Shown here one piece after another: positions 1-9,374 of a stretch of DNA of 64,000 nt. Each line of letters starts with the position of its first letter. Within the stretch, counting starts at the first letter, position 1. Under the pieces are notes generated by a model. It did not search any database. It saw only the letters and a program-made list of their open reading frames with translations, and was not told the DNA's origin. The stretch covers positions 14,708 to 78,707 of the forward strand of contig JAQTST010000001.1 of the NCBI GenBank assembly GCA_028711165.1, given 5' to 3'. Origin of the DNA: Candidatus Nanoarchaeia archaeon. GTDB taxonomy: Archaea; Nanobdellota; Nanobdellia; Pacearchaeales; GW2011-AR1. The translations under genes were made by a program, and so were the position numbers.

Positions 1-524
1 AATCCGGAAGTGAGAGAATTCAAATGATGAACAATAAAGTTGTAAAATTAGAACACGCTAAAGAGATGGCAAAATATCTCAGAAAGAAAGGAATTTTTGC
101 CACGAATGCTTATATTTTTGGCCACCCGACAGAAACAGAAGAAGAATTAAAACAGACGATTCAATTCATAAAAGAAATTCCTGCAGATGAAAATTTAATT
201 CAATTATACAGGCCGATGCCAGGAACTCCTTATTTTCAGATATGCGTCGAGGCTGGGAGAGTAAAAGTTCCTGAAAGACTTGAAGATTGGGGTGGTTTTG
301 GAGTTCTCGGACATGATGTAAATGTTTCTGAGGTTCCGGATAAAATTTTATTTTCAAATTTTTATAAAACAAATGCTTTGCAGCAGTCAAAATACTGGAT
401 TAACCAGCAAAAGTTTTTTCTTAGGAATAATATGTATGAAGAATTTTTCAGAAATCTTGTTAAGAATAGATTTACATTTAAATTGAAAGAATTTATCGAG
501 AGTAAAAATGAAAAAATTGAATGA
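1..524 (+). CDS. radical SAM protein, C-terminal fragment (5' end lies off-window); resembles the class B (B12-binding) members of this locus
   Basis: The reading frame is open to base 3 ('SGSERIQMMNNK', matching the G-x-ESGS...L..M.K radical SAM core motif). The following 'YIFGHPTETEEEL...PMPGTPYF' parallels the C-terminal halves of the CDSs at 27016..28632 and 49525..51351. Confidence 0.6.
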   Translation, partial: SGSERIQMMNNKVVKLEHAKEMAKYLRKKGIFATNAYIFGHPTETEEELKQTIQFIKEIPADENLIQLYRPMPGTPYFQICVEAGRVKVPERLEDWGGFGVLGHDVNVSEVPDKILFSNFYKTNALQQSKYWINQQKFFLRNNMYEEFFRNLVKNRFTFKLKEFIESKNEKIE

Positions 525-1086
525 AACGGTTAAAAAATTAAATCTCGGATGCGGGGAAGATTATAGAGTGGGGTGGGTTAATCTTGATTTTAATAAAGAA
601 GTAAAAGCAGATGTTTATCATAATTTAGAAAAATTCCCTTACCCATTTAAAGACGATGAATTTGACTTGATATATATTGACAACGCTCTTGAACATGTTC
701 AGAATGTATTAAAGTGTATTGAGGAATTATGGAGAATATCAAAAAAAGGAGCTGAAATAATTATTTATGTCCCCCACTTCACAGGGATATATGCAACAAA
801 ACATCTTGCTCATTATCATCAATTTGGGATAGGAACTTTTGATATATACAAAAAAATCAGCGGACTCGATAAAGGATTTAATGGTGAAAGATACGGCAAA
901 GCAAGATTCGAAATAATTGAACAAAAATTGTTATATTTTCATCATAATTCCGTAGAGATTTCCTTGTTGTCAAAATTACCAATAAACAGGATGTTTAATT
1001 TTAGCCGAAAATGGCAATTAATCTTGGAGAAATTTTTCCCTCTTAAATTTGATGAAATCAGATATAAACTGAAGGTGTTGAAATAA
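508..1086 (+). CDS. class I SAM-dependent methyltransferase
   Basis: SAM motif I 'LNLGCGEDYRVGWVNLD'. Size and layout are typical of Methyltransf_11-like proteins. Overlaps the upstream gene by 17 nt. Confidence 0.75.
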   Translation: MKKLNETVKKLNLGCGEDYRVGWVNLDFNKEVKADVYHNLEKFPYPFKDDEFDLIYIDNALEHVQNVLKCIEELWRISKKGAEIIIYVPHFTGIYATKHLAHYHQFGIGTFDIYKKISGLDKGFNGERYGKARFEIIEQKLLYFHHNSVEISLLSKLPINRMFNFSRKWQLILEKFFPLKFDEIRYKLKVLK

Positions 1087-1916
1087 TGAAAAAAGTAATT
1101 TTAATAACGGGGGGAACGGGATTTATTGGAAGGAATCTTATTCCCTTACTTGAAAAAAAATATGAAATAAAAATTCTTTCCCGAGAGGTAGATGGAGAAA
1201 AAATTGTAAAGGGGGATTTGGTAAATTATGACTCGGTTAAAGACGTTACAAAAAATGTTGATGAAGTAATACACCTAGCATATTCAAAAAATTATCCTGA
1301 AAATATTCTAATGACTGAAAATTTAATTAAGGCTTGTAAAGAAGAGGAGGTAAAAAAAATAATTTTACTAAGTTCAATGTCAGCCAAAAGAAGTTATCCT
1401 GACGATTATGGAAAAAATAAACTTGAAATTGAAAAGATAATTAAGAATTCAGGAATAAATTATACAATATTAAGGCCGAGCATAGTTTATGGGAAGGGAA
1501 GTAAAAGTTTTGATTTTATTATCGAGAAAATAAAAAAATTGCCTTTTATTCCGATAATTGGAAATGGGAAATATGCAATAAGTCCTGTTTATATCGACGA
1601 TGTTATCTGTATGATTGACAAATGTGTGAATAATAAGAAAACGGATAAAAAAGAATATGATTTGCCTGGGGGAGAAAGCATCTGGTTTAGAGATTTGATA
1701 AAAGAACTTAAAAAAGAAATAAACACTTCGAAGAAAGAGATTAATATTCCCATAGGAATTTGCAAAATTGTTGCGAGAATATCCCCAAAGGTTATAAGCA
1801 TGGAAAATATCAAGAATTTGACAGAAGACAGCAAAGCAGATATTGAAATTGCAAGGAAAGATTTAGGCTATAATCCTGTTAAATTTTCCGAAGGAATAAA
1901 AAATGGTCTCATATAA
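1086..1916 (+). CDS. NAD(P)-dependent sugar epimerase/reductase (extended SDR)
   Basis: N-terminal Rossmann motif 'ILITGGTGFIGRNL'. The ATG overlaps the upstream stop (TAATG). Confidence 0.75.
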   Translation: MKKVILITGGTGFIGRNLIPLLEKKYEIKILSREVDGEKIVKGDLVNYDSVKDVTKNVDEVIHLAYSKNYPENILMTENLIKACKEEEVKKIILLSSMSAKRSYPDDYGKNKLEIEKIIKNSGINYTILRPSIVYGKGSKSFDFIIEKIKKLPFIPIIGNGKYAISPVYIDDVICMIDKCVNNKKTDKKEYDLPGGESIWFRDLIKELKKEINTSKKEINIPIGICKIVARISPKVISMENIKNLTEDSKADIEIARKDLGYNPVKFSEGIKNGLI

Positions 1917-3018
1917 ACAGATAATGAAAAGTGCTATTGCACGAAAACCAGTGAGGTCTATAGTCAGTAGCATGTCTACCTTTAGGCACGGCCAAAAAGC
2001 AGGATTGCCATTTAAGTTAAAATTTGAAAGTTCTTCTGTGTGCAATTTAAAATGTGGTATGTGCCCGCTAAATTCAGGATTAAAAAGAAAACAGGGATTT
2101 TTGAAATTTGATAATTTTAAAAAAGTATTTGACCAGATAAAACCTGCGTATCTGAATTTAACTGGTATCGGCGAGCCTTTTCTCAATCCAGATATTTTCG
2201 ATATTATAAAATACGCCAAGAAAAATAAAGCAATGGTAAAATTTGATACAAATGCTATGCTATTAAATGAAGAAAATATAACAAAAATTTTAGAGACAGG
2301 AGTTGATGTTTTATCAATTTCTATCGACGGAACTACGAAAAAAAGTTATGAACAAATAAGAGTTGGAGGAAATTTTGACACAGTCAGACAAAATGTTAAA
2401 AGATTAGTCGAAGAAAGAAATAAAGTAAATTCTTCAACGGAAGTGCATATGTTTTTTGTGCTACAAGCAAAGAATATTCAGGAATTGCCAAATTTTGTAA
2501 AATTAGCTGATGAGCTTGGAGTAAATTATGTTGCAGGAAGTTTTGTTGTTAACCTCGGAGATAATAAAAATGAAAAGAATAAAATATTTGATTACAAAGA
2601 AAAGGTGGACGAATTGGTAAGAGAAACAGAAGAAGCAGTGAAAAATGCAAAAGCGAAAGTGAGTATTGAACCGCTTCTGGAATATATAAAATCTTCAGGG
2701 AGCAAAGAATTCTACAATGAAGACATGCCTTGTTTTATGCCGTGGTATTCTGTTTTTATAACTTGGGATGGCTGGGTAAATCCATGTGATTTTTCATGTG
2801 ATAATGAAATTGTTTTTGGAAATGTTTTTGAAAAACCATTTAAGGAAATCTGGAATAATGAGAAATTAAAAAATTTCAGAATACAACTGTTAAACAGCAG
2901 GAAAGAAATTCCATTATGCAAAAATTGCGGAGTAAATGAAAGTTATATTGAGGATGAATTTAAAAAAATAAGAAAAATTCCTTTTCTAAAACGCCTGCAG
3001 AATAATAAAAATAGCTAA
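1903..3018 (+). CDS. radical SAM protein with SPASM-like C-terminal Cys cluster
   Basis: CX3CX2C 'CNLKCGMCP', 'GIGEPFLNP', and a C-terminal 'PCFMPW...WVNPCDFSC...LCKNCG'. Confidence 0.85.
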   Translation: MVSYKQIMKSAIARKPVRSIVSSMSTFRHGQKAGLPFKLKFESSSVCNLKCGMCPLNSGLKRKQGFLKFDNFKKVFDQIKPAYLNLTGIGEPFLNPDIFDIIKYAKKNKAMVKFDTNAMLLNEENITKILETGVDVLSISIDGTTKKSYEQIRVGGNFDTVRQNVKRLVEERNKVNSSTEVHMFFVLQAKNIQELPNFVKLADELGVNYVAGSFVVNLGDNKNEKNKIFDYKEKVDELVRETEEAVKNAKAKVSIEPLLEYIKSSGSKEFYNEDMPCFMPWYSVFITWDGWVNPCDFSCDNEIVFGNVFEKPFKEIWNNEKLKNFRIQLLNSRKEIPLCKNCGVNESYIEDEFKKIRKIPFLKRLQNNKNS

Positions 3019-3019
3019 A

Positions 3020-3997
3020 ATGGAATATCCAAAAATAAGTGTAATAATGCCAATTTACAATGAAGAGAAAAAGATACAGAAATGTCTGGAAAGTATAAGG
3101 GAGCAGGATTATCCCCAAGATAAAATAGAGATTGTTTTTGTTGACGATGATTCAACAGACAAAAGCCTGGAGATAGCAAAAAAGTACAAAATAAAATATG
3201 TAAGAAATGGTGCTCACGATTATGACATTGGAAAATCTTTGGGAATTAAAGAGGCAACCGGTGAATATATCACATTTCTCGACGGGGATAATATTTTGCC
3301 GAATAAAGATTGGTTTAAAAAAATGATTCAGCCATTAATTGAAGACAAGAGCATTATCGGAAGTCAACTGATGTGGATTAAATATGATAAAAGTTATCCT
3401 TTTTTTGACAGATACTGCACATTATATGGAATTACAGATCCTCTAACAATTTATCTCGAAAAAAGAGGGCATTTAATGCTCTGGGAAAAAAAATGGAAAT
3501 TGGGATTAGTAAAAGATAATGAAAATTATTCTATTGCAGAATTCAATGAAAAGAATTTACCAACAATCGGTTCTGTCGGGTTCACAATAAAAAAAGAATA
3601 TTTGCTAAAAACAGATTATGATCCGGCTTTTTCTCATCTCGACTGTATGCAGGATTTAATTAAATTGGGATTAAAACGCTTTGCGATAGTAAAACAGGAT
3701 ATCATTCACCTGCACTCTTCCAGTTATTCTGATTTCATCGGGAAATTAAAAAGAAATTTAAATATTTTTATGAGAGATTATAAAAAAAGAAGGTACAAAT
3801 GGGAAGCCCCCCTATGGAAAAAAGCTTATGCAACTTTTGCTATGGGGACATTTATTATCCCATTTTATCATGCAACAAGGGGATATCTCAAGATTCATGA
3901 CGTCGCATGGTTTGCACACCCTTTTATTTGTTTTTCTGTTATCACCAAGTATCTTAAAATATTTTTATTCTGGAAATTAGGATGGACAAAAAATTAG
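3020..3997 (+). CDS. family 2 glycosyltransferase with C-terminal hydrophobic segments
   Basis: 'ISVIMPIYNEEKKI', 'VDDDSTD', and DxD 'FLDGDN'. Starts 1 nt after the radical SAM stop. Confidence 0.85.
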   Translation: MEYPKISVIMPIYNEEKKIQKCLESIREQDYPQDKIEIVFVDDDSTDKSLEIAKKYKIKYVRNGAHDYDIGKSLGIKEATGEYITFLDGDNILPNKDWFKKMIQPLIEDKSIIGSQLMWIKYDKSYPFFDRYCTLYGITDPLTIYLEKRGHLMLWEKKWKLGLVKDNENYSIAEFNEKNLPTIGSVGFTIKKEYLLKTDYDPAFSHLDCMQDLIKLGLKRFAIVKQDIIHLHSSSYSDFIGKLKRNLNIFMRDYKKRRYKWEAPLWKKAYATFAMGTFIIPFYHATRGYLKIHDVAWFAHPFICFSVITKYLKIFLFWKLGWTKN

Positions 3998-4875
3998 AGA
4001 ATTAATTTCTTTAAACCTTCTTCCAATTCAAGAGGAATTATCCCTATTTTTGAAATATCAGCAATAAACTTTTCAACTTCCTGAGAAATGGGAGGAGAAT
4101 ATTTTATACTAACATTACTTTTTGAAACAGAGAGTACAAGTTCTGCCAATTGTTTTATTGAAGTTCCTTTTCCACCACCGATATTAAAAATTTCATTATC
4201 ATATTTTTCTATCGAATCCAATAAAACTTTTATGACATCATCTATCCAGACGAAGTCGAGTACCTGTTCTCCGCCATTAATAACCAAGTCTTCATTATTT
4301 TTTATCTTTCTAATAAAAGAGGGAATAACTCTGTATTTTCCTGGGTCATTTGGACCATAAACATTTGATAGTCTGAATATTGTCAAATTAATTCCATAAT
4401 TTTTTGCGAAGATGTTACAAAGAGATTCTCCGCAAACTTTTGAAGTGCCATAGATATTAACTGGATTTAATGGAGTGTTTTCTTTTACCGGCAGAGATTT
4501 TGCATTACCATAAACTTCTCTCGAGGAACTAAAGATTAATTTTTTTACCTTGTTCTGAAAAGCAGATTTTAAAACATTAAAAGTTCCGTTTACATTTGTT
4601 GAAATGCAATATTCTGGATTTTCAGTGCTGTCCTTAATGCTGGACAAGGCTGCCAAATGAAAAATGACATCAATATTCTTACAAGCCTGATTTACTAATT
4701 CGAAATTTCTGATATCTCCGTCGATGAATTTTATCTTTTCTATAAAAGGAAAGGTTTCAGGGTTTTGATTATGGTAAAGATTGTCTATTACAGTAACTTC
4801 ATGATTTTGTTTAACTAAAGCATTTACAAGATGTGCACCAATAAAACCTAACCCGCCAGTAACAAGAACTTTCAT
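3994..4875 (-). CDS. NAD-dependent sugar epimerase/dehydratase (UDP-glucose 4-epimerase-like SDR)
   Basis: 'VLVTGGLGFIGAHL' and catalytic 'YGTSK'. The convergent stop overlaps the stop of 3020..3997. Confidence 0.85.
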   Translation of the reverse strand: MKVLVTGGLGFIGAHLVNALVKQNHEVTVIDNLYHNQNPETFPFIEKIKFIDGDIRNFELVNQACKNIDVIFHLAALSSIKDSTENPEYCISTNVNGTFNVLKSAFQNKVKKLIFSSSREVYGNAKSLPVKENTPLNPVNIYGTSKVCGESLCNIFAKNYGINLTIFRLSNVYGPNDPGKYRVIPSFIRKIKNNEDLVINGGEQVLDFVWIDDVIKVLLDSIEKYDNEIFNIGGGKGTSIKQLAELVLSVSKSNVSIKYSPPISQEVEKFIADISKIGIIPLELEEGLKKLIL

Positions 4876-4912
4876 TTTGATTCGATTATATTTTTATTAA
4901 TAAAGATTGTGA

Positions 4913-6466
4913 TTAATTATAACTAGTTTCATAAACAATTAGTATAGGTGTTTGTTGTGCCTGATCTTCAAACCATACTTTTACAGGAGTAAATATATCG
5001 GGATATTGCGACGGATAAGTTAAAGTCCACTGAGGATTAGATGGTTCAAATGCTGAAACAACGACATATTTCGGCTTTTCATAATTTATTACGCCCCCCA
5101 ATTGTTCTGGAGTGTAATATGCTCCTTCAGTAGAATTATAAAAAGAAATTACTTTTCTCTCGGAATAATAAACTGTCTGCGGAACTGAAGCAGTCATGAT
5201 TATATCATTAGGATTAGAATTATCTTTCATCCACAGCGCCGCTTCTTTTACAGGCATATAACTACTTACCTTGTCTTTTATTATAATATCTGCATGATTT
5301 AATTGAAAATAAGCACCGAAAATAAGCGCGACAATTAAAATTATTATTGCTAGACTCTTGAAATTTTTTTTGACAAAGTCAAAAATCAAAACCAAGCCCT
5401 TCGCTGAAAGAATAAAGATACCTATTGACATTGCAATAAGCCATCTATTTTCTGCTACTCTTAAGAAGAAGATAAAAAAGAAAAGGATGACTGTTACTAA
5501 TAGGAATGAAAATAAATCATTATAATATTTTTTATCTTTTTTGAATAGAGTAAGATCGAGGCTTAAGAAAAGAGGGAAAAGAGTAGTCAGCCCGATTAAG
5601 AAAAATACGAAAAAACCGAGCTCAGGATAATCATACAAATGCTGAAACATATACCACCCAGGACTTAGATTAGATACATCACCATAACCCTGACTGAAAG
5701 CAAATACATTTCCGTGGTAAAACTGATTCCATATAAGGTAAGGAGATATTGTGAGGATGAAGACTAAAACTGCAATCCACAAATGTTTGTTTTTTAAAAA
5801 TTTAAATTGCTCTGTTGCAAATAAGAAAAAGAAAATAATTCCACCATATAGGATTCCTGTGAGTCGACAGAGAAAAGATAAAGCAACAAAAAAACCAATT
5901 AGCCAGATAAGATATTTTTTTTCTTTTTGGACATATCCTTTCCAGAAACAGAGAAGAGACAAAATCCCAAACAATAATCCAAGCGTGTCAGTCATTAATC
6001 TCATACTGTAGAAGAGATGAATCCATGAAACTGAGGTTATAAACGCAGTTATCAATGCTATTTTTTTATTATACATCTCTTTAACGAGAAGGTATGTGAA
6101 AAGAACAACAAGCAGAGCAGGAATTAATTCGAGAAGGAATTTAATGCTGTTTTCCTGAAATCCAATTTTGTATATTAAAAAAGCTAAAAATGAGAACAAT
6201 GGCGGTCTTGCGGGATGAATCTCATAAGGAATATCAAAAGCCCAATATTTTGCAGCAGATAAATATTCTGCTTCATCATGCCACAAAGTTTGACCATCTG
6301 TGATAAAAAAATAATATGACAGCAAAACAAAAGAAAATATCAAAAGTCCAAATAAAAGGATATTATACTTATTGGTTAAGATAGTTTTTATTTTTCCCTT
6401 TAATTCTTCTTTTTTTTTCTCTGTATCTGATGAAGACTCTTTTATCTCTCCTTTAATTTCTTCCAT
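4913..6466 (-). CDS. GT-C fold membrane glycosyltransferase (ArnT/PMT_2-like)
   Basis: More than 10 hydrophobic spans. Acidic first-loop motif 'WHDEAEYLSAAKYW'. Soluble C-terminal domain of about 130 aa. Confidence 0.6.
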   Translation of the reverse strand: MEEIKGEIKESSSDTEKKKEELKGKIKTILTNKYNILLFGLLIFSFVLLSYYFFITDGQTLWHDEAEYLSAAKYWAFDIPYEIHPARPPLFSFLAFLIYKIGFQENSIKFLLELIPALLVVLFTYLLVKEMYNKKIALITAFITSVSWIHLFYSMRLMTDTLGLLFGILSLLCFWKGYVQKEKKYLIWLIGFFVALSFLCRLTGILYGGIIFFFLFATEQFKFLKNKHLWIAVLVFILTISPYLIWNQFYHGNVFAFSQGYGDVSNLSPGWYMFQHLYDYPELGFFVFFLIGLTTLFPLFLSLDLTLFKKDKKYYNDLFSFLLVTVILFFFIFFLRVAENRWLIAMSIGIFILSAKGLVLIFDFVKKNFKSLAIIILIVALIFGAYFQLNHADIIIKDKVSSYMPVKEAALWMKDNSNPNDIIMTASVPQTVYYSERKVISFYNSTEGAYYTPEQLGGVINYEKPKYVVVSAFEPSNPQWTLTYPSQYPDIFTPVKVWFEDQAQQTPILIVYETSYN

Positions 6467-6505
6467 AAATTGAGAGAGAAAATGAAGTTTTTATTTATTG
6501 TTATT

Positions 6506-7534
6506 TTAAATCTCAACAAAAGTCTCCTTATTTGTTCCAGGGCAATCTTTGCATAATGCAAGACTTTTTTTATTAGTTAATATTTTTTTTCTGAAAGCAA
6601 GATACTTATTGTTATTCCAAATGTCTCTTATTTTTTCCTTAAACGCATTTCCAAAGACAAACAAGTTGTTCATATCAAAACAGCAAGGAACAACGCTTCC
6701 ATCCCAGTTTACAACAATTTCATCCCAGAGGAAATCGCATTCATTTTTAATTTCTTTTTTTGAAATAACTTTATTGCTATTAACAGAATATCTCGAGTAT
6801 TTTTTATTTTTTGGGAGATATTTTTTTATGTCTTCCTTGGAGAAATAATCCATTATTCCAACTGTTTTGAAAACGATTTCGTCCACGCCCAGAGATTTGG
6901 AAAGAGATTTAATTTTTTGTATTTCATGTTCATTTGATTTCATAATAATAAATTGCAATTTGATGTAAGGATTTGCGCATTTTAATCTCTTTTTCTCATT
7001 AACCAGAAATTGAATTGATTCTATTACTTTTTTGAAATTTCCGCCTTTCCTGTATTGCTGATAAGTTTCTTCAGAAGCGCCATCAAGGGAAACAATAAGT
7101 TCATCAAGTCGGGATTTAATTATCAGGGAAGAAGTATCTTTATCTAAAAAATGACTGTTTGTGCTGAGATTGACAAAAATATTTTTTTCCTTCGCATAAG
7201 AAATCATCTGAAAAATTTCTTTATTCAACAAAGGTTCTCCCCAATTCCATAATCTAAGATGATAAATATAGGGGGAGAGTTCATCAATGACTTTTTTAAA
7301 ATTGGAAAATGTAAGAAAACCTTTTGCTCTTTTTATGAACCCTGCTCCGGTCGGGCATAAAGGACATTTTAAGTTACAGGTATTTGTTGGCTCAATCATA
7401 AGTGTAGGAGGAAATCCAGAAATTTTTATCTTTTTTAATCGTTTAGAAATTTTAATCTTCAGAAGATTGACTAATCTCCGAGGATGAATTAAGATGTATT
7501 TAATAAAATATTTTATCTTTCTTTTTAATTTCAT
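6506..7534 (-). CDS. radical SAM protein with SPASM-like domain
   Basis: 'CNLKCPLCPTG', 'WGEPLLNK', and C-terminal 'VVPCCFD...LCKDCPG'. Resembles 1903..3018. Confidence 0.85.
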   Translation of the reverse strand: MKLKRKIKYFIKYILIHPRRLVNLLKIKISKRLKKIKISGFPPTLMIEPTNTCNLKCPLCPTGAGFIKRAKGFLTFSNFKKVIDELSPYIYHLRLWNWGEPLLNKEIFQMISYAKEKNIFVNLSTNSHFLDKDTSSLIIKSRLDELIVSLDGASEETYQQYRKGGNFKKVIESIQFLVNEKKRLKCANPYIKLQFIIMKSNEHEIQKIKSLSKSLGVDEIVFKTVGIMDYFSKEDIKKYLPKNKKYSRYSVNSNKVISKKEIKNECDFLWDEIVVNWDGSVVPCCFDMNNLFVFGNAFKEKIRDIWNNNKYLAFRKKILTNKKSLALCKDCPGTNKETFVEI

Positions 7535-8439
7535 TTTTTATAATCCAGAGTTTTAGTTGATTCAGAACGGGACCATACTGCAACATAGGGAATTTTTTTA
7601 ATCCTTATTTCATAAAAAGCTTTTAACCAAACATATAATCTTGCGGGATATAACAATAAAGTCCAAAGAAGTTCTTTTGAATTTTTTGGAAAAGACAAAA
7701 CAAATGAGAACCCGTAAATGAATTCGTTGAGCAGAGTTTTTTGCTTTACTTTTTTAGATAGATAAATATTCATAGCTTCATGAGATTTGGCTGAACGAAC
7801 TTTCTGTTTTACCCAGTCTCTAAAATTTCGTGGGTACATTACATAAACTTTTGCATCTCCGACGTAAATATTTTTATACCCTTTTTTTACAATCAGGTAA
7901 GGGATGATAGAATCTTCGGCAACATCTTTAGGAATTTTATTAATAATATATTTTCTTATCGCAAGAAGGTTTGCACATTGCTCTACAAATTTCCCACTGC
8001 GAAATCTTTTTTCTCTTAATCTATGGGCGGCATTTGTCAATAGATGAGCCCAGAATCCGAATAAATCATTTCTGCTATTTTGCGGAAGCGGCCTCCCACC
8101 AACACAGCCAACCAAAGGATCATCAAATTTTGCAACAATTAAACTGATTGCATCTTCTTCCACAAATTTATTTCCATCAGTCCAGATTAATATTTTCCCT
8201 TTAGCCAGATTTAAAATTTTATTCATTAATTCATTTTTGTCTGGGTTATCTTGTTTAACATATTTTATTATTTTGGGGTATTTTTTTTTATAATCCATAA
8301 TTACTTTTCTTGTCGGCTCATCAGGGCAGGCGGCAATTATCTCAAATTTTTCAGAAAAATTTTTTTGATTTAATAAACGATTAATTGCTTCATTTGTTGA
8401 ATGAGGATCTTCGTAAGCAGTCACAATTAATGAAATCAT
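7531..8439 (-). CDS. family 2 glycosyltransferase (paralog of 14262..15140)
   Basis: 'ISLIVTAYEDP...' GT-A N-terminus, long collinear similarity to 14262..15140, and a 4-nt overlap with the downstream radical SAM gene. Confidence 0.7.
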   Translation of the reverse strand: MISLIVTAYEDPHSTNEAINRLLNQKNFSEKFEIIAACPDEPTRKVIMDYKKKYPKIIKYVKQDNPDKNELMNKILNLAKGKILIWTDGNKFVEEDAISLIVAKFDDPLVGCVGGRPLPQNSRNDLFGFWAHLLTNAAHRLREKRFRSGKFVEQCANLLAIRKYIINKIPKDVAEDSIIPYLIVKKGYKNIYVGDAKVYVMYPRNFRDWVKQKVRSAKSHEAMNIYLSKKVKQKTLLNEFIYGFSFVLSFPKNSKELLWTLLLYPARLYVWLKAFYEIRIKKIPYVAVWSRSESTKTLDYKK

Positions 8440-8536
8440 AATTTTCAGACGGACAATCCTTTTTAAAAGATTATGAATTAAAAATATATCTTATTAGACA
8501 GATATGTTTAAAATAATAAAAGGAAATTATTAAATT
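8440..8536. promoter_or_regulatory. divergent promoter region with two TATA-like boxes
   Basis: 'ttttaaaaga' (8461..8470) lies 22-31 nt upstream of the minus-strand ATG (8439). 'gtttaaaataa' (8506..8516) lies 21-31 nt upstream of the plus-strand ATG (8537). Confidence 0.4.
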
Positions 8537-9280
8537 ATGCGAGCAATTTTACTTTCCGGGGGGAGAGGAGAAAGATTAAAGCCCCTCACGGATAAAATTC
8601 AAAAAGTGATGGTGCCAATAAATGGAAAACCTCTTTTGCAATATTGGGTAGAACTCTTGAAAAAATATAATATAAAAGAGATTGGAATGAACTTAAATTA
8701 TCTTGGGGAACAGATTATGGATCATTTTGGTGATGGAAAAAATTTTGGGGTGAATGTATACTATTTAATAGAAGAGACTCTTCTTGGAACTGCAACGCCA
8801 ATTAAAAGATTTGATAAACTTTATCCGGGATTTTGTTCAGAACCTTTTTTTGTAATTTATGCGGATAATTTGAGCAATATGAATTTGGAAAAAGTAATCT
8901 CAAGACATAAAAAAAATTCTCCATTTGTTACATTAACCCTGCATAATCATTCTGAACCTTGGACAAGAGGAATTGTGAACGTAAATAGTAAAGGAAAGGT
9001 TTTGGGATTTATAGAGAAACCAAAAAAAGAAGATATAATCTCGGGGAAAATAAGGGGGGAATCTGCATCATGTGTTTATTTATTTGAACCGACAACGCTA
9101 AAATATTTCAGAGAGGAAAAAGAAGATTTGGGAACAGATTTATTCCCAAGACTTTTAGAAGATAAATGCCCCCTCTATGCATTTAATCCGAAAGCATATG
9201 TTCAAGATATAGGAACATTAGAAAGATATGAGCAAGCAAAAAAAGATGTTGCAAAATTTCCAAAGAAATTTAATGTTTAA
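8537..9280 (+). CDS. sugar-1-phosphate nucleotidylyltransferase (HddC/ManC-like)
   Basis: 'AILLSGGRGERLKPLT' signature of NTP_transferase enzymes. Confidence 0.8.
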   Translation: MRAILLSGGRGERLKPLTDKIQKVMVPINGKPLLQYWVELLKKYNIKEIGMNLNYLGEQIMDHFGDGKNFGVNVYYLIEETLLGTATPIKRFDKLYPGFCSEPFFVIYADNLSNMNLEKVISRHKKNSPFVTLTLHNHSEPWTRGIVNVNSKGKVLGFIEKPKKEDIISGKIRGESASCVYLFEPTTLKYFREEKEDLGTDLFPRLLEDKCPLYAFNPKAYVQDIGTLERYEQAKKDVAKFPKKFNV

Positions 9281-9374
9281 ATTATTTCCTAAGTAAAATA
9301 TAGATTATCTCTTCATAATCTTTAAAAGATAATATAGGTAAAAAGGTGTATGAAAAAAGTGAGGCAAAAGGAAG

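Noticed and set aside
166-390. Many 60-130-aa ORFs in the track lie antisense to, or out of frame within, the large CDSs. Examples are 166..390, 739..924, 1589..1834, 1863..2219, 4088..4360, 5751..6011, 6549..6848, 10960..11355, 24340..24609, 27220..27525, 41368..41845, 48368..48598, 59488..59733 and 61001..61288.
   Set aside because: They are fully embedded in longer ORFs that have clear domain signatures. Their translations are low-complexity (rich in F, L, I, S and K), as expected for shadow frames of AT-rich coding DNA. None has a recognisable motif or its own promoter or SD.
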